NCBI GenBank assembly: GCA_031414955.1
Contig: JANOQV010000172.1
Coordinates: forward strand, 1-27,045
DNA from: Pedosphaera sp.
Lineage (GTDB): Bacteria; Verrucomicrobiota; Verrucomicrobiia; Limisphaerales; SIBH01
Length of the DNA: 27,045 bases
Reading direction: 5' to 3'
The notes below the pieces were generated by a model. That model worked only from the letters and a program-made list of their open reading frames with translations, was not told the DNA's origin and searched no databases. Numbering within the stretch: position 1 is the stretch's first letter; the number at the start of each line of letters is the position of its first letter. The position numbers were made by a program, and so were the translations under genes. Positions 7,644-18,153 of the stretch are shown piece after piece.

Positions 7644-8081
7644 TCAGCGCGATACGACGAGCAGGGCGAGCGCGATCATCCCGCGGGCCGACCAGGCCAC
7701 CGTGCGCACCCAGTTGGTTCTGACCAAGCGGCGATGAGTGGCGTCATCGAAACTTTGCTCCAACCGGCGATGCGCGGGCACCTGCCAGAGCCAGGTGCTG
7801 AGCCAGATCACCATCAGCAGGACGAACCCGCTCCAGGCGAGCATGCCGCCCAACCGCCAGACCAGGGCGACGGCGCTCAGGAGTTCGGCCAGCATCGGGA
7901 CCGCCAGCACGTAACCAGTTCGTCGCGTGTTCTGCCGCTCGTATTCTGCGAACCCCGCCTTGCCGACTCGATGGAACAACGGGTAGTGAACAATTTGCAC
8001 GAACCAGATCACGCCGACCATGAAGAGCGTCACCACCACATGAACGAGCAAGAGCCAATCGTTGAAGGAGGCAAGATTCAT
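7644..8081 (-). CDS. Conserved hypothetical membrane protein (about 4 TM), 145 aa
   Basis: Four hydrophobic segments, with motifs IWFVQIVHYPLF, QVPAH and TNWVRT. Confidence 0.8.
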   Translation of the reverse strand: MNLASFNDWLLLVHVVVTLFMVGVIWFVQIVHYPLFHRVGKAGFAEYERQNTRRTGYVLAVPMLAELLSAVALVWRLGGMLAWSGFVLLMVIWLSTWLWQVPAHRRLEQSFDDATHRRLVRTNWVRTVAWSARGMIALALLVVSR

Positions 8082-8310
8082 GACGGGTGAGTGAGAAGCG
8101 GGGCAGCGGCGGCAAGGCGAGAGACCAAGCCTCTCTCGCCAAGGCGCTCGTGAGAAAAGTTCTCCACCGCCGCCCTGTTCCGTGCCAATGCGTGCATCAC
8201 GCCCGCCATGTTTGACTCAATTCGGCCCGGACGCAAACTCGGGCGGAGGGCGGATGTCGCCGCCTTGATGATTTGTTCCCGTCCGATCTTTGGTCTATGA
8301 CTTCTTCGTG

Positions 8311-9078
8311 ATGACGTCCACTCCCACTCCAGGTTTCCCGACCGAGTCGCAACGCCTCGCGGCACGGATGCGTCCCACTGGGCAGCCGGTGATGTTCCAG
8401 TCGTGGAGCGATCTGCTGTTTCTGCACTGGGAGTATTCCGTCGCGGCGATTCAGGCGACGCTGCCGGACGGTTTGTTCGTGGATACCTTCGGCGGCAAAG
8501 CGTACCTCGGTATCGTTCCGTTCTTCATGCGGAACATCCGCCCGCGCTTCCTGCCCGCCGTGCCGGGCATCTCGAACTTCATGGAGTTGAACTTGCGCAC
8601 TTACGTCCATGACCGGGCGGGCGTACCGGGCGTCTGGTTCTATTCGCTGGACGCAAATCAATGGCTGGCGGTGAAGATGGCCCGGCAGTTTTTCCATCTG
8701 CCCTACGAACATGCGAAGATGAATTCGAGCCGCACGCCGGAAGGCCGCATCCGCTACGAATCGCGGCGGGTCGGCCAGCGGGCAAACGGTGCGAGTTGTC
8801 TTTTCGACTATGCCCCCGGCACGGAATTGCCGCCGTCCGCGCCCGACTCGCTGGAGTTCTTCCTGATCGAGCGTTACCGCCTTTATTCCAGCGCGCCGGA
8901 CGGTCTCCGGCGCGGCACGGTTTTCCATCCACCGTATCCGTTGTGTCGCGCCGAGGTGACGGCCTGGGACGAACACTTGTTGATGCTCAATGGCTTTTCG
9001 CCCTCCGGCCGGCCGCCTGACCACATCGTCATGTCGCGCGGCGTGGACGTGACCGTCTTTCCGCTGGAACGAGGATGA
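8311..9078 (+). CDS. YqjF/DUF2071 family protein
   Basis: Motifs MFQSWSDLLFLHW, ELNLRTYV, GVWFYSLDA and FLIERYRLY. The start could be 8290, 8308 or 8311. Confidence 0.85.
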   Translation: MTSTPTPGFPTESQRLAARMRPTGQPVMFQSWSDLLFLHWEYSVAAIQATLPDGLFVDTFGGKAYLGIVPFFMRNIRPRFLPAVPGISNFMELNLRTYVHDRAGVPGVWFYSLDANQWLAVKMARQFFHLPYEHAKMNSSRTPEGRIRYESRRVGQRANGASCLFDYAPGTELPPSAPDSLEFFLIERYRLYSSAPDGLRRGTVFHPPYPLCRAEVTAWDEHLLMLNGFSPSGRPPDHIVMSRGVDVTVFPLERG

Positions 9079-9121
9079 CTTTCCTGCGCAAGGAGGATGC
9101 CATTAACGGAACACGGGGAAT

Positions 9122-10372
9122 TCACTGCTCCACCGGCGGACGCGGGCGACGTGGAGGTTGACCACCAGGTGCGCCGCCACCGTCCCGCGGCGCGGGCCGA
9201 AGCTCCTCCGCCGTCAATCGTCCATCGCCGTTGCGATCCAGTTTCCGCAACAAGGCCGGGGAATTTTCCAACTCCCACTCATCAATGGTGCCGTCGCCGT
9301 TCGCGTCGAGCGCGCTCATCACGGGCGGCATGGGAAGGCGCTGGCCCGGACCTTGACCCGGCGGATTGTTTTGCAGGCGTCCTTCACGCGGCGGACCAGT
9401 GACCACGAGCAGCCAGCCGCCATCCTTCAATTTCACTGCGCCGGGATCAGCACCCATCACCGACGGAAAATCTTCATCAACGATCCATGACACGCCGTTT
9501 GTGCTCGTGGCGGTCCAGACACTACCGGGACCGCCGGTGCCGAAGAAGCGAATCACGTTGCCGTCGGATTGCGCATTGCCCAACCAGCGCAGCCAGTTGT
9601 CCAGTGGCACATCGGCCTGGCGCGTGAAGTTCAATCCATCTTTGCTCGTGGCGTGATAGCCGGTGCCGCCGCGCGGCTGGTCAGCGGGATCGCGCCGCGC
9701 CACGCCGGGATTGTTGCCCGCGCCATTGTCTGGTGCGAAGAGATGAAACACGTCGTGATGCAGGGCCACCGCGCAATCAATCACCGGACGCCCTTCGATT
9801 CCGAAACGCACGCCCGGCTCGAACACGAAGTCGAGGCCGTTGCTCGACACCGCAGAATAAATCGCGGGCCGATCCTCGTTGAACTGCCGGCCCTTGAGCG
9901 AAGTGAAGTAAAGTCGCACGCGGCCATCGGACAACGGCACCAGCGTGGGATCGAACGGGAAACGCATTCCTTCCGGCAATCCCTCCAGCCGGATCACTTG
10001 CGCATCCGTCCAAGTCCGGCCTTCGTCGGACGAGAAATGCACGGCCACCTTGTCGAAGTCCGCGTCGTTGTCGGCGGGAAAATGCTGATGCGCGGCGGCG
10101 AGTCGTCCGTCCTTCAGCCGTGCGACCGTGGGCACGCCGGCGCGCGGGAACGTGGCGAGCTTCTCCACCTGGCCGTCCGCGCTGGCGCGATATGCAAGCA
10201 CGTCGTTATCCCACGGGCCGGGCCGGTTGCGATTGGGCTGGCCTTGGGGATTGAACGGCGGCGGCTCATTGTCTTGCGCTGGCAACGGTTGGCCAAAACA
10301 AACTCCGAGAGCACAAAGGAACGCGGCAATAACGAGACTCAGGCTCTCCCGGAGAGATTGTTTTTGGCTCAT
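9122..10372 (-). CDS. Secreted glycosidase-like/BNR beta-propeller protein with a C-terminal EF-hand pair
   Basis: Signal-peptide-like N-terminus, Asp-box SSDEGRTW, repeated SxDGLxF/W blades, and EF-hands DANGDGTIDEWE and DRNGDGRLTAEE. Confidence 0.75.
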   Translation of the reverse strand: MSQKQSLRESLSLVIAAFLCALGVCFGQPLPAQDNEPPPFNPQGQPNRNRPGPWDNDVLAYRASADGQVEKLATFPRAGVPTVARLKDGRLAAAHQHFPADNDADFDKVAVHFSSDEGRTWTDAQVIRLEGLPEGMRFPFDPTLVPLSDGRVRLYFTSLKGRQFNEDRPAIYSAVSSNGLDFVFEPGVRFGIEGRPVIDCAVALHHDVFHLFAPDNGAGNNPGVARRDPADQPRGGTGYHATSKDGLNFTRQADVPLDNWLRWLGNAQSDGNVIRFFGTGGPGSVWTATSTNGVSWIVDEDFPSVMGADPGAVKLKDGGWLLVVTGPPREGRLQNNPPGQGPGQRLPMPPVMSALDANGDGTIDEWELENSPALLRKLDRNGDGRLTAEELRPAPRDGGGAPGGQPPRRPRPPVEQ

Positions 10373-10495
10373 GGCAGAATAAGCATAGATCAAGGCGTGG
10401 CTCTGCGCAGCGACAAAAATCAGCGGTCCAGGCCGACGGGGCGCATCTCAATTCTCCCCTATACACGGCGCGCAGCCCTGTGATTTACTCGGCGC

Positions 10496-10807
10496 GTGAA
10501 TGTAAACCTCGGCATCTGGGACAAGCTGACCAAGCTGGCCGTGTTCTTTTTGTTCATCCTCGGCGTGGCGGGGGTCGCGCTTTGGTATTTCCCACTGATC
10601 AAGCAGAACGAGCGGATGCGACAGGACATGCTCAAGCTCGACGCAAAAATTAAAATCGAGCAAGAGCAGGATCGAGCGTTGCGCTCGTCCTTCGAGGCCG
10701 TGCGGAACAATCCCAAGACGATCGAGCGGCTGGCGCGCGCCAATCTCGGTTACGCCAAACCTGGCGAAACGGTCATCCGTTTTGAAGCTCCGACCCCGCC
10801 GCGCTGA
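10496..10807 (+). CDS. FtsB/DivIC septum formation initiator family protein
   Basis: One TM helix, a coiled coil and the signature IERLARANLGYAKPGE. GTG start. Confidence 0.85.
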   Translation: MNVNLGIWDKLTKLAVFFLFILGVAGVALWYFPLIKQNERMRQDMLKLDAKIKIEQEQDRALRSSFEAVRNNPKTIERLARANLGYAKPGETVIRFEAPTPPR

Positions 10808-11092
10808 TTCTCTCTCGTCCTGGGAATTTTTCCGCGCTGAGAATCCCGGCCGACCCAAGGCCCGGTTCCCGAGGCAAAAGCACTTTACTTGACTGCGCGC
10901 ACTGGACACCTTGGCGGCGCTCCTGAACGTGAAACGGAAGCGGCCGATTAAACCTGTCGTCCATTTGCTTTCTCCGTGGATTCCGGCGGCTAGTCCTGGT
11001 GAAGACCTTGTGGTGATTCAAATTTTAAAACCTGTTTCGAGGGCGGAGCTTCCGTGCCCTCAAGGATTCGGCGCGGACGAGGCGTCGTGCCC

Positions 11093-12988
11093 ATGAACCG
11101 CGCCGCCATGGATGTCTGGCTGGAGCGAACCATTCTGATTCTGGTCGTCGGCCTCCTGGGATTCGCCGTCCTGGCCTTGGGCGCGGCGCGACCGTCCGAG
11201 TATGCCATCGTGTGCTGGTTGATTACGGCTACCTTGGTGCTCTGGGGAGTGCGAGTCTGGCTGGCCCCGAAGTTTCGCTTTCTCTGGCCACCCATCTGCT
11301 GGGCCATCGTGCCCTTTGTGGGTTATGCCATCTGGCGGGCTTACACGGCAGAACTGAAATTTCCCGCGCGCGAGGAACTCCTCCAGATTCTCTTCGCCGC
11401 CCTGCTCTTCCTCGTGGTGGTGAACAATCTGTACGGGCAGGAATCCGTGCGCAGTTTGAGCTTCTGCCTGGTAGGACTGGCCATGATCGTGGCCATGTAC
11501 GGGCTTTATCAATGGCTTCGTCCCTCAAACTTGGTCTGGGGTTTCGAGCGGCCGTTGAGTTATCAGGGCCGGGCCTCGGGCACTTTTTTCTGTCCAAACC
11601 ACATGGCGGGTTTTCTGGAAATGATCATGCCTATCGGACTGGCCCTGACGGTAACGGGACGGGTCAAACCGGTGACCCGCATCCTCCTGGGTTATGCCAC
11701 GCTGGTTTCGCTGGCCGGCATCGCCACCACTCAATCGCGCGGCGGCTGGATTTCCGCGATGGTGTCGCTCATGGTGCTGTTCCTCTGTCTCATCCGGCGC
11801 AAAGACCAGCGCTGGATTGCCGTGATCATGCTCGGGGTGATGACCGCCGCCGGCTCGTGGCTTTACACACGGTCCGTCGCCCATCGCAGCGCCCAGACCT
11901 ATCTCAGCGGGCACGAGCGCGACATCCGCCAGCGCCTCTGGGTGTCGGGTTTACAAATGTGGAAGGACGCTCCCTGGACGGGCGTCGGCCCCGATCATTT
12001 CGACTACCGTTTTCGCCAGTATCGCGAGCCGGTGGACAAGACCCAAGTCCGGCCCGGCCGGATGCATAACGATTATCTCAACACGCTGGTGGACTATGGG
12101 GCCATTGGCTTGCTGCTCATCCTGCTCCCCATGGGCGTCGGGGTCTGGTCCGTGATTCGCTGCTGGCGGCATGTGCAGCGCGGGGAAAACGATTTGGGGC
12201 AGAAGAAAAGCAATCGCGCCGCCATCGTGCTGGGGGCCTCGGCGGGACTGGCGGCGTTGCTCGTCCATTCCTGTCTCGATTTCAACATGCACATTCCGGC
12301 CAATGCCCTCGTCGCCACCACGCTGCTGGCGCTGCTGGGCAGCCACATCCGCTTCGCCACCGAACGCTATTGGTTTACCGCCCGCTGGCCCCTCGCCACC
12401 GGCGCGACCCTGGCCCTCGCGGCCAGTTTGTTCTTTCTGCTTCCGGCCACGGTGCAACGCAGCCGCGAGGCCGGCTTGTTGCGCCGCGCCGCGCTCCTGA
12501 CCGATGGCACTACCAACAAGATCGAGATGTTGAAAACGGCCTTCGCCGTGCAGCCCTTGAACTTCGAGACGGCGGCGGCCATCGGCGAACATCTTCGGGT
12601 TATCGCCTGGATGGGGGAGGACGGCTATGAAGAGATCGCGAAGGAGGCGATGGGATGGTTCCAGCGCAGTCTGGCCCTGAACAAGTACGACACGTTGAGC
12701 CACCTGCACATCGGCATGTGCCTCGACAAGATCGAGCAGCATGGGGAAGCCGCGCCCTGGTTTGCCAAGGCCCTCGAAATGGATCCGGCGTATTGGTATC
12801 CCCATGCCATGATGGGCTGGCACGAATTCCAGGTCGGCCACTACCAGGAAGCCCGCGAGTGGATGGTGAAGTCCCTCGGGCTTTACCAGTCGGACGGAAC
12901 CACCGGGAACACCTTTGCCTGGCAATACGTCCAAATCATCGACCGCATGAACCGCAACCCGAACGCCCGGCTGCAAACCCTCCAGTGA
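11093..12988 (+). CDS. O-antigen ligase (Wzy_C) family membrane protein with C-terminal TPRs
   Basis: Multi-TM protein with motifs GTFFCPNH, TQSRGG, GVGPDHF and HNDYL, followed by TPR-like helices. Confidence 0.88.
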   Translation: MNRAAMDVWLERTILILVVGLLGFAVLALGAARPSEYAIVCWLITATLVLWGVRVWLAPKFRFLWPPICWAIVPFVGYAIWRAYTAELKFPAREELLQILFAALLFLVVVNNLYGQESVRSLSFCLVGLAMIVAMYGLYQWLRPSNLVWGFERPLSYQGRASGTFFCPNHMAGFLEMIMPIGLALTVTGRVKPVTRILLGYATLVSLAGIATTQSRGGWISAMVSLMVLFLCLIRRKDQRWIAVIMLGVMTAAGSWLYTRSVAHRSAQTYLSGHERDIRQRLWVSGLQMWKDAPWTGVGPDHFDYRFRQYREPVDKTQVRPGRMHNDYLNTLVDYGAIGLLLILLPMGVGVWSVIRCWRHVQRGENDLGQKKSNRAAIVLGASAGLAALLVHSCLDFNMHIPANALVATTLLALLGSHIRFATERYWFTARWPLATGATLALAASLFFLLPATVQRSREAGLLRRAALLTDGTTNKIEMLKTAFAVQPLNFETAAAIGEHLRVIAWMGEDGYEEIAKEAMGWFQRSLALNKYDTLSHLHIGMCLDKIEQHGEAAPWFAKALEMDPAYWYPHAMMGWHEFQVGHYQEAREWMVKSLGLYQSDGTTGNTFAWQYVQIIDRMNRNPNARLQTLQ

Positions 12989-13007
12989 GCGCGCCTGGAA
13001 CTTTCAG

Positions 13008-13036
13008 TTGACAGTCCGCCGCCAAAAACGCTGTCA
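13008..13036 (+). promoter_or_regulatory. Possible sigma70 -35 box overlapped by a TGACAG-N16-CTGTCA inverted repeat
   Basis: TTGACA at 13008-13013 and CTGTCA at 13031-13036. The -10 box is poor. Confidence 0.35.
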
Positions 13037-13095
13037 TCCACCATCTCTTTTAACGCTCGGCGCGCGATTTTTTGCGCGCCGGATAACAAAACCAA

Positions 13096-14220
13096 ATGAG
13101 TCAGAAGAAAATTAACGTCGCCATTGTCGGGCTTGGATTTGGCGCGGAATTCATCCCCCTTTGGCAGAAACATCCCCATGCGGATTGCTACGCCATCTGC
13201 CAGCGTAACGAAAAGAAACTGAACGACGTCGGAGACTACTTCGGAGTTAGGGTCCGTTATCAGGAATTTGACGCGCTGCTCAAGGACAAGAACGTCGATG
13301 TCGTTCACATCAATTCCCCCATCCCCGACCACGGCTGGATGAGCATCGCCGCGCTCAAGGCGGGCAAACACGTCGCCTGCACCGTGCCCATGGCCACCAA
13401 CATCGCGGACTGCAAAAAGATCGTCGAACTGGTCAAGAAAACCGGCCTGAAATACATGATGATGGAGACGGTCGTGTACGCCCGTGAGTATCTCTTCATG
13501 AAGGAACTGCTCGACCAGGGCAAGCTGGGCAAACTCCAGTTCGTCCAGGCGAGTCATCAGCAGGACATGGACGGCTGGCCGAATTACTGGCCCGGCCTTC
13601 CGCCGATGTGGTACGCCACGCACTGCGTTGGCCCCGTGGCGGGTTTGATCGGCAAGCCCGCCGAATATGTTTCCTGTTTCGGCTCCGGCACCGTGCGCAA
13701 GGAACTGGCCAAAGCCTATGGGTCGCCCTTCGCCGTCGAGACCGCGCACATCAAGTTCCGCGACACCGACGTCAACGCCCGCATCATCCGCTCGCTCTTC
13801 GACACCGCGCGTCAGTATCGCGAGAGCATCGACGTCTATGGCAGCAAGGCCTCTGTGGAATGGCCGCTCATCGAGCACCAACCTCTGGTCATGCACACCG
13901 CGAAACTGCCCGAGCCGAAGATTCCCAAGGCGGTCAAGTGTCCCGACTTTGCCAAGCGCCTGCCCAAAGGCATCGCGAAGTACACGACGCTGGGCGTTTA
14001 TGACGCGAGCAAGAAGACCCACCTGAGCTTCACCCAGGGCAGCGGTCACGGCGGCAGCCATCCGCATCTCGCGAACGAATTTGCCATGGCGCTCCACGAA
14101 GGCCGCGACCCGTTTCCGAACGCGAAGCAATCCGCCAACTGGACCTGCGTCGGCCTTTGCGCCCACGAGTCGGCCCTCAAGGGCGGCGCGATCGTGAAAC
14201 TTCCTGCATTCACTCAGTAA
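13096..14220 (+). CDS. Gfo/Idh/MocA family oxidoreductase
   Basis: Rossmann start INVAIVGLGFG, plus VDVVHINSP and ALKAGKHVACTVP. Confidence 0.9.
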   Translation: MSQKKINVAIVGLGFGAEFIPLWQKHPHADCYAICQRNEKKLNDVGDYFGVRVRYQEFDALLKDKNVDVVHINSPIPDHGWMSIAALKAGKHVACTVPMATNIADCKKIVELVKKTGLKYMMMETVVYAREYLFMKELLDQGKLGKLQFVQASHQQDMDGWPNYWPGLPPMWYATHCVGPVAGLIGKPAEYVSCFGSGTVRKELAKAYGSPFAVETAHIKFRDTDVNARIIRSLFDTARQYRESIDVYGSKASVEWPLIEHQPLVMHTAKLPEPKIPKAVKCPDFAKRLPKGIAKYTTLGVYDASKKTHLSFTQGSGHGGSHPHLANEFAMALHEGRDPFPNAKQSANWTCVGLCAHESALKGGAIVKLPAFTQ

Positions 14221-14242
14221 ACAAAACCAACCAAAAAACAAC

Positions 14243-15796
14243 ATGAGTAACGGAAACGGAAATTCACCAAACGCCAAACGGCTGCTCTGGGCTGGCTTCA
14301 TGGCCATCCTCGCGGCGGGCGTGGGCTTCTCAGTCCGAGGCGGCATTCTTGGCCAGTGGGCCGAGCAATTCGGCTTCACCATGACCGAACTGGGCACCAT
14401 CACTGGCGGTGGCCTGACCGGCTTCGGCGCGGTCATCATCATCACCAGCCTGTTTGCCGATAAAATTGGCTACGGCAAGCTGATGATCGCCGCCTTTGTG
14501 CTGCACCTGATTTCCGCCGTGCTCACCCTGGCCACTCCGGCCTTCTTCGCCTCCGGCGGCAAGGATGCGGCCTATTGGTGCTTGTTCATCGCCATGTTCA
14601 TCTTCGCCATCGGCAATGGCGTGTGCGAGGCCGTCGTGAATCCGCTCGTGGCCACCCTCTTCCCGAACAACAAGACCCATTACCTGAACATTCTCCACGC
14701 CGGATGGCCCGCCGGACTCGTACTCGGCGGACTGGCCTCCACCTTCATGGCGGCCAAGACGGATGCAGCCGGCCTGGTGATTTCGCCGGCGTTGGACTGG
14801 AAGATTCAAATGTCGCTCTTCCTGATTCCGGTCGTGTTCTACGGCGTGATGCTGCTCGGTCAGCGTTTCCCGAAATCCGAAGCGGCTTCCGCTGGCATTA
14901 CGGTGGGCGAAATGATCACCACCGTCTTCGCCCCGCTGATGGTCGTCCTGCTCGTGTTGCATGCGCTGGTGGGCTATGTCGAACTCGGCACCGATTCGTG
15001 GATCAGCAAAATCACGGGCAGCATCATGGCCAGCCCGCAGAAGGGTTTGATGCTCTTCGTTTACACTTCCTCGCTCATGTTCGCGCTTCGCTTCGTCGCG
15101 GGCCCGATCGTTCACAAGATTTCGCCGCTCGGGCTGCTGTTCGTGAGCGGACTCTTCGGAGCGGTGGGCCTCACGCTGCTGGGCAACGCCGAGGGCGTGA
15201 TCATGTGTACGATTGCCGCCACCGTTTACGCGCTGGGCAAAACCTTCCTCTGGCCCACCATGCTGGCCGTGGCCTCGGAGCGGTTCCCCAAAGGTGGAGC
15301 CGTTGCCATCGGCATGATGGGTGGAGTGGGCATGTTGTCCGCCGGTCTGCTGGGTGGCCCGGCCATCGGCTACAAGCAGGATTATTACGCCTCCAAGAAC
15401 CTGGAACAGCAGGCTCCTGAAACCTACCAGCGTTACGCGGTAGCAGAGCCAAAGGGCTTCATGTTCCTCCCGAAGATCAAGGGATTGGACGGTGCGAAGG
15501 TCGGAGTGCTGGGCGACCAAGGCAAGGAACTCGGCAACGTCGGAGCCGCCCTGACCAAGGCCAATAAGCAGGATGCCAACCACGAGGCGCTGGCCAAATG
15601 GTGGGAAACAGCCAAACCTTCCGTGGACCAGGACGCCAAGCCCGTGGGTGCGGCCACTTTGTTCGGCGGGCGCATGGCCTTGAAGGTCACGGCCGCCGTC
15701 CCGGCCATCATGGCTGTCCTCTACCTCCTGCTTATTCTCTATTTCAAGGCCAAGGGCGGCTACAAAGCCGTGCATCTCCAAGAAGGCAAGAAATAG
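14243..15796 (+). CDS. MFS transporter (probably sugar)
   Basis: About 12 TM helices, with motifs FADKIGYGKL, EAVVNPLVATL and ASERFPKGG. Confidence 0.9.
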   Translation: MSNGNGNSPNAKRLLWAGFMAILAAGVGFSVRGGILGQWAEQFGFTMTELGTITGGGLTGFGAVIIITSLFADKIGYGKLMIAAFVLHLISAVLTLATPAFFASGGKDAAYWCLFIAMFIFAIGNGVCEAVVNPLVATLFPNNKTHYLNILHAGWPAGLVLGGLASTFMAAKTDAAGLVISPALDWKIQMSLFLIPVVFYGVMLLGQRFPKSEAASAGITVGEMITTVFAPLMVVLLVLHALVGYVELGTDSWISKITGSIMASPQKGLMLFVYTSSLMFALRFVAGPIVHKISPLGLLFVSGLFGAVGLTLLGNAEGVIMCTIAATVYALGKTFLWPTMLAVASERFPKGGAVAIGMMGGVGMLSAGLLGGPAIGYKQDYYASKNLEQQAPETYQRYAVAEPKGFMFLPKIKGLDGAKVGVLGDQGKELGNVGAALTKANKQDANHEALAKWWETAKPSVDQDAKPVGAATLFGGRMALKVTAAVPAIMAVLYLLLILYFKAKGGYKAVHLQEGKK

Positions 15797-15821
15797 CACA
15801 ACCAGGATCCCCTTCCGCACG

Positions 15822-15852
15822 GGCGGCACCGCAAGGTGCCGCCTGTTTTTTT
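15822..15852 (+). terminator. Rho-independent terminator
   Basis: GGCGGCACC-GCAA-GGTGCCGCC followed by TGTTTTTTT, about 25 nt after the MFS stop. Confidence 0.85.
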
Positions 15853-15974
15853 GCACCGGGCGGGGCACGATCCGGCCCCGGCTTGAACACCGCCAGTTGC
15901 CACCCTTACCTTCCGCGCGTGATTCTAACTGTGTTCCCCAACGCCACCGCGATGCGAGCCGGAGTCCCGTCGCG

Positions 15975-18116
15975 ATGATCAGCGTCATCGACCAGCAACC
16001 GGCCGGCTCGTCCCTCGATTTGGTGAAGCAGGTTGAGGAGATTTTTTCGCCCACCGGCATTCTTTCCCGGGCCAAGAATTTTGAGTTCCGCCCCCAGCAG
16101 CAGCAGATGGCCGTGGCTGTGGCGCGCGCGCTGGAATCCGGCGAGCATCTCGCCGTTGAGGCGGGCACGGGCGTGGGCAAGAGTCTCGCCTATCTGGTGC
16201 CGGCGATTCTCTTCGCCGTGGCGCGCAAGAAGAAGGCGGTGGTCTCGACCCACACCATCAATTTGCAGGAGCAACTCACGCAGAAGGATCTGCCCATGCT
16301 CGAAGCGGTGCTGCCGGTGAAGTTCGCCTTCACCATGCTCAAGGGGCGCAGCAATTACCTCTGCTCGCGTCGGCTGCACAAGGCGATGATGCAGGCGGAC
16401 AGCCTCTTCACCTCGCCCGAAGTCGAGGAGTTGCGGCGCATCCACGCCTGGAGCAAGCGCACGGAAGACGGCAGCCTCTCGGACTTCGAGATCGAGCCGG
16501 ACATGAAGGTCTGGTCGCACGTCTGCTCGGAGCGCGGCCTGTGCTCACCGAAGATTTGCGGGCACGCCAGCGACTTCGCCAAGGACAACGGCATCTGCTT
16601 CTTCCAGCGCGCGCGGCACCGGATTCTCTCCGCCGACGTGCTGGTCTTGAACCACACGCTGTTCTTCACGCTGCTGCCCGGCGTGGATGAGGACCAGGAG
16701 GGCGGCGTGCTCTTCAAGAACGACTTCATCATCTTCGACGAGGCGCACACGGTGGAGAGCGTAGCCTCGAAGCACATCGGGGTGAGCGTTTCGAGCGGGC
16801 AACTGCGCTACGCCGCAAACCGCCTTTGGAATAAGCACACGCAGAAAGGGCTGCTGGCTACGTTGCGGCAGGGCGCGGCGGTGCAACTCGTCTCGGATAT
16901 GCTGAGCGCGAGCGATGATTTCTTCCTCCAGGTGGAGCAGGCTTGCGAGGACATGGCGCGGCAAGCGAGCGAAACCTCCGAGTACGAAGCCCGCGCCCGC
17001 GCCACCGGCGGCGAATCGAAGCGCCGCGAGTGGAAGGAACTGCGCATCCGCCGCGCCGATTTGGTCGAGGACAAATTATCACTGCCCATCCAGCGCCTGC
17101 GCGAATCGGTGAGCCAATTGATCAAGACGAGCGAGGACAAGGACACGGGGCAGGAACTGGTCGAGTGCAACCGGAGACTCGCCGAGTTGCGCGAAGGTCT
17201 GGCGACGTTTCTCAGCCAGTCGTCGGAGGAATTCGTTTATTGGGTCGAGCGCGGCGGCAAGACGCAGCGCAACCTCACGCTCAACGCCGCGCCGGTGGAC
17301 GTGGCGGCGTATTTGCGCGCGCGGCTGTTCGAGTCCGACACGTCGGTGATCATGACCAGCGCGACGCTGGCGGTCGGGGAGACCAAGAGTCCAACGGCCA
17401 AGGTTCAAGGTCCAAAGCCGGGGAAGGAAAACCCGCGGCCGGCGGCGATGATGTATTTTGCGCGCAAGGTCGGGGCGGAGAACGCCACTTTGCTGCAAGT
17501 GGGTTCGCCCTTCGATTACGAGCGGCAGATGAAGCTCTACGTCGCGGCCAAGATGCCCGACCCGCGCGAGCGTGGTTACAGCGACGCACTCGTGCAGAAC
17601 ATCGAGCACTTCGTGCGGCAGACGCACGGCAAGGCCTTCGTGCTCTTCACCAGCTACCGGCTCATGCAGGAGGTCTCGGAGCGGATGCAGCCCATCTTCG
17701 ACAAGCTCGGCCTGGCGTGTTTCGTGCAAGGCGCGGGCACACCGCGCTCGGTCATGCTGGAGAAGTTCAAGGACGACATCGACTCGGTGCTCTTCGGCAC
17801 GGACAGTTTCTGGCAGGGTGTGGATGTGCCGGGGGAGGCGCTCTCGAATGTGATCATCACCCGGCTGCCTTTCGCGGTGCCGGATCATCCGCTGATCGAG
17901 GCGCGCATCGAGGCCATCGAGGCACGGGGAGGAAATTCCTTCGGCGAATTCTCCTTGCCCGAGGCGATCCTGAAATTCCGCCAGGGCGTGGGCCGTTTGA
18001 TTCGCACCAAGAGCGACACCGGCATCGTGGTCGTGCTCGACAACCGCATCCTGAGCAAGAAATACGGCCAGGCCTTCATCGACGCCCTGCCCAAGTGTCC
18101 GCTGGAAATAGTTTAA
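15975..18116 (+). CDS. dinG: DinG/YoaA-family ATP-dependent Fe-S DNA helicase
   Basis: Q motif FRPQQ, EAGTGVGKS, Cys cluster, DEAH, TSATL, FWQGVDVPG and QGVGRLIR. Confidence 0.92.
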   Translation: MISVIDQQPAGSSLDLVKQVEEIFSPTGILSRAKNFEFRPQQQQMAVAVARALESGEHLAVEAGTGVGKSLAYLVPAILFAVARKKKAVVSTHTINLQEQLTQKDLPMLEAVLPVKFAFTMLKGRSNYLCSRRLHKAMMQADSLFTSPEVEELRRIHAWSKRTEDGSLSDFEIEPDMKVWSHVCSERGLCSPKICGHASDFAKDNGICFFQRARHRILSADVLVLNHTLFFTLLPGVDEDQEGGVLFKNDFIIFDEAHTVESVASKHIGVSVSSGQLRYAANRLWNKHTQKGLLATLRQGAAVQLVSDMLSASDDFFLQVEQACEDMARQASETSEYEARARATGGESKRREWKELRIRRADLVEDKLSLPIQRLRESVSQLIKTSEDKDTGQELVECNRRLAELREGLATFLSQSSEEFVYWVERGGKTQRNLTLNAAPVDVAAYLRARLFESDTSVIMTSATLAVGETKSPTAKVQGPKPGKENPRPAAMMYFARKVGAENATLLQVGSPFDYERQMKLYVAAKMPDPRERGYSDALVQNIEHFVRQTHGKAFVLFTSYRLMQEVSERMQPIFDKLGLACFVQGAGTPRSVMLEKFKDDIDSVLFGTDSFWQGVDVPGEALSNVIITRLPFAVPDHPLIEARIEAIEARGGNSFGEFSLPEAILKFRQGVGRLIRTKSDTGIVVVLDNRILSKKYGQAFIDALPKCPLEIV
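17381..17416 (+). repeat. Degenerate heptamer repeat (GTCCAAG-like) in frame within dinG
   Basis: gaccaag a gtccaac ggccaag gttcaag gtccaaa. Confidence 0.6.
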
Positions 18117-18153
18117 CCGGCCACGGACCACGACCCTCCTGGCCGCGTTCCGT

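Noticed and set aside
10808..11092. Possible ncRNA between the ftsB-like gene and the ligase gene
   Set aside because: Only TTGACT and a few weak hairpins (e.g. GAGGGC..GCCCTC); no recognisable family.
11951..16180. Long minus-strand ORFs (341, 520 and 616 aa)
   Set aside because: Antisense to well-supported genes.
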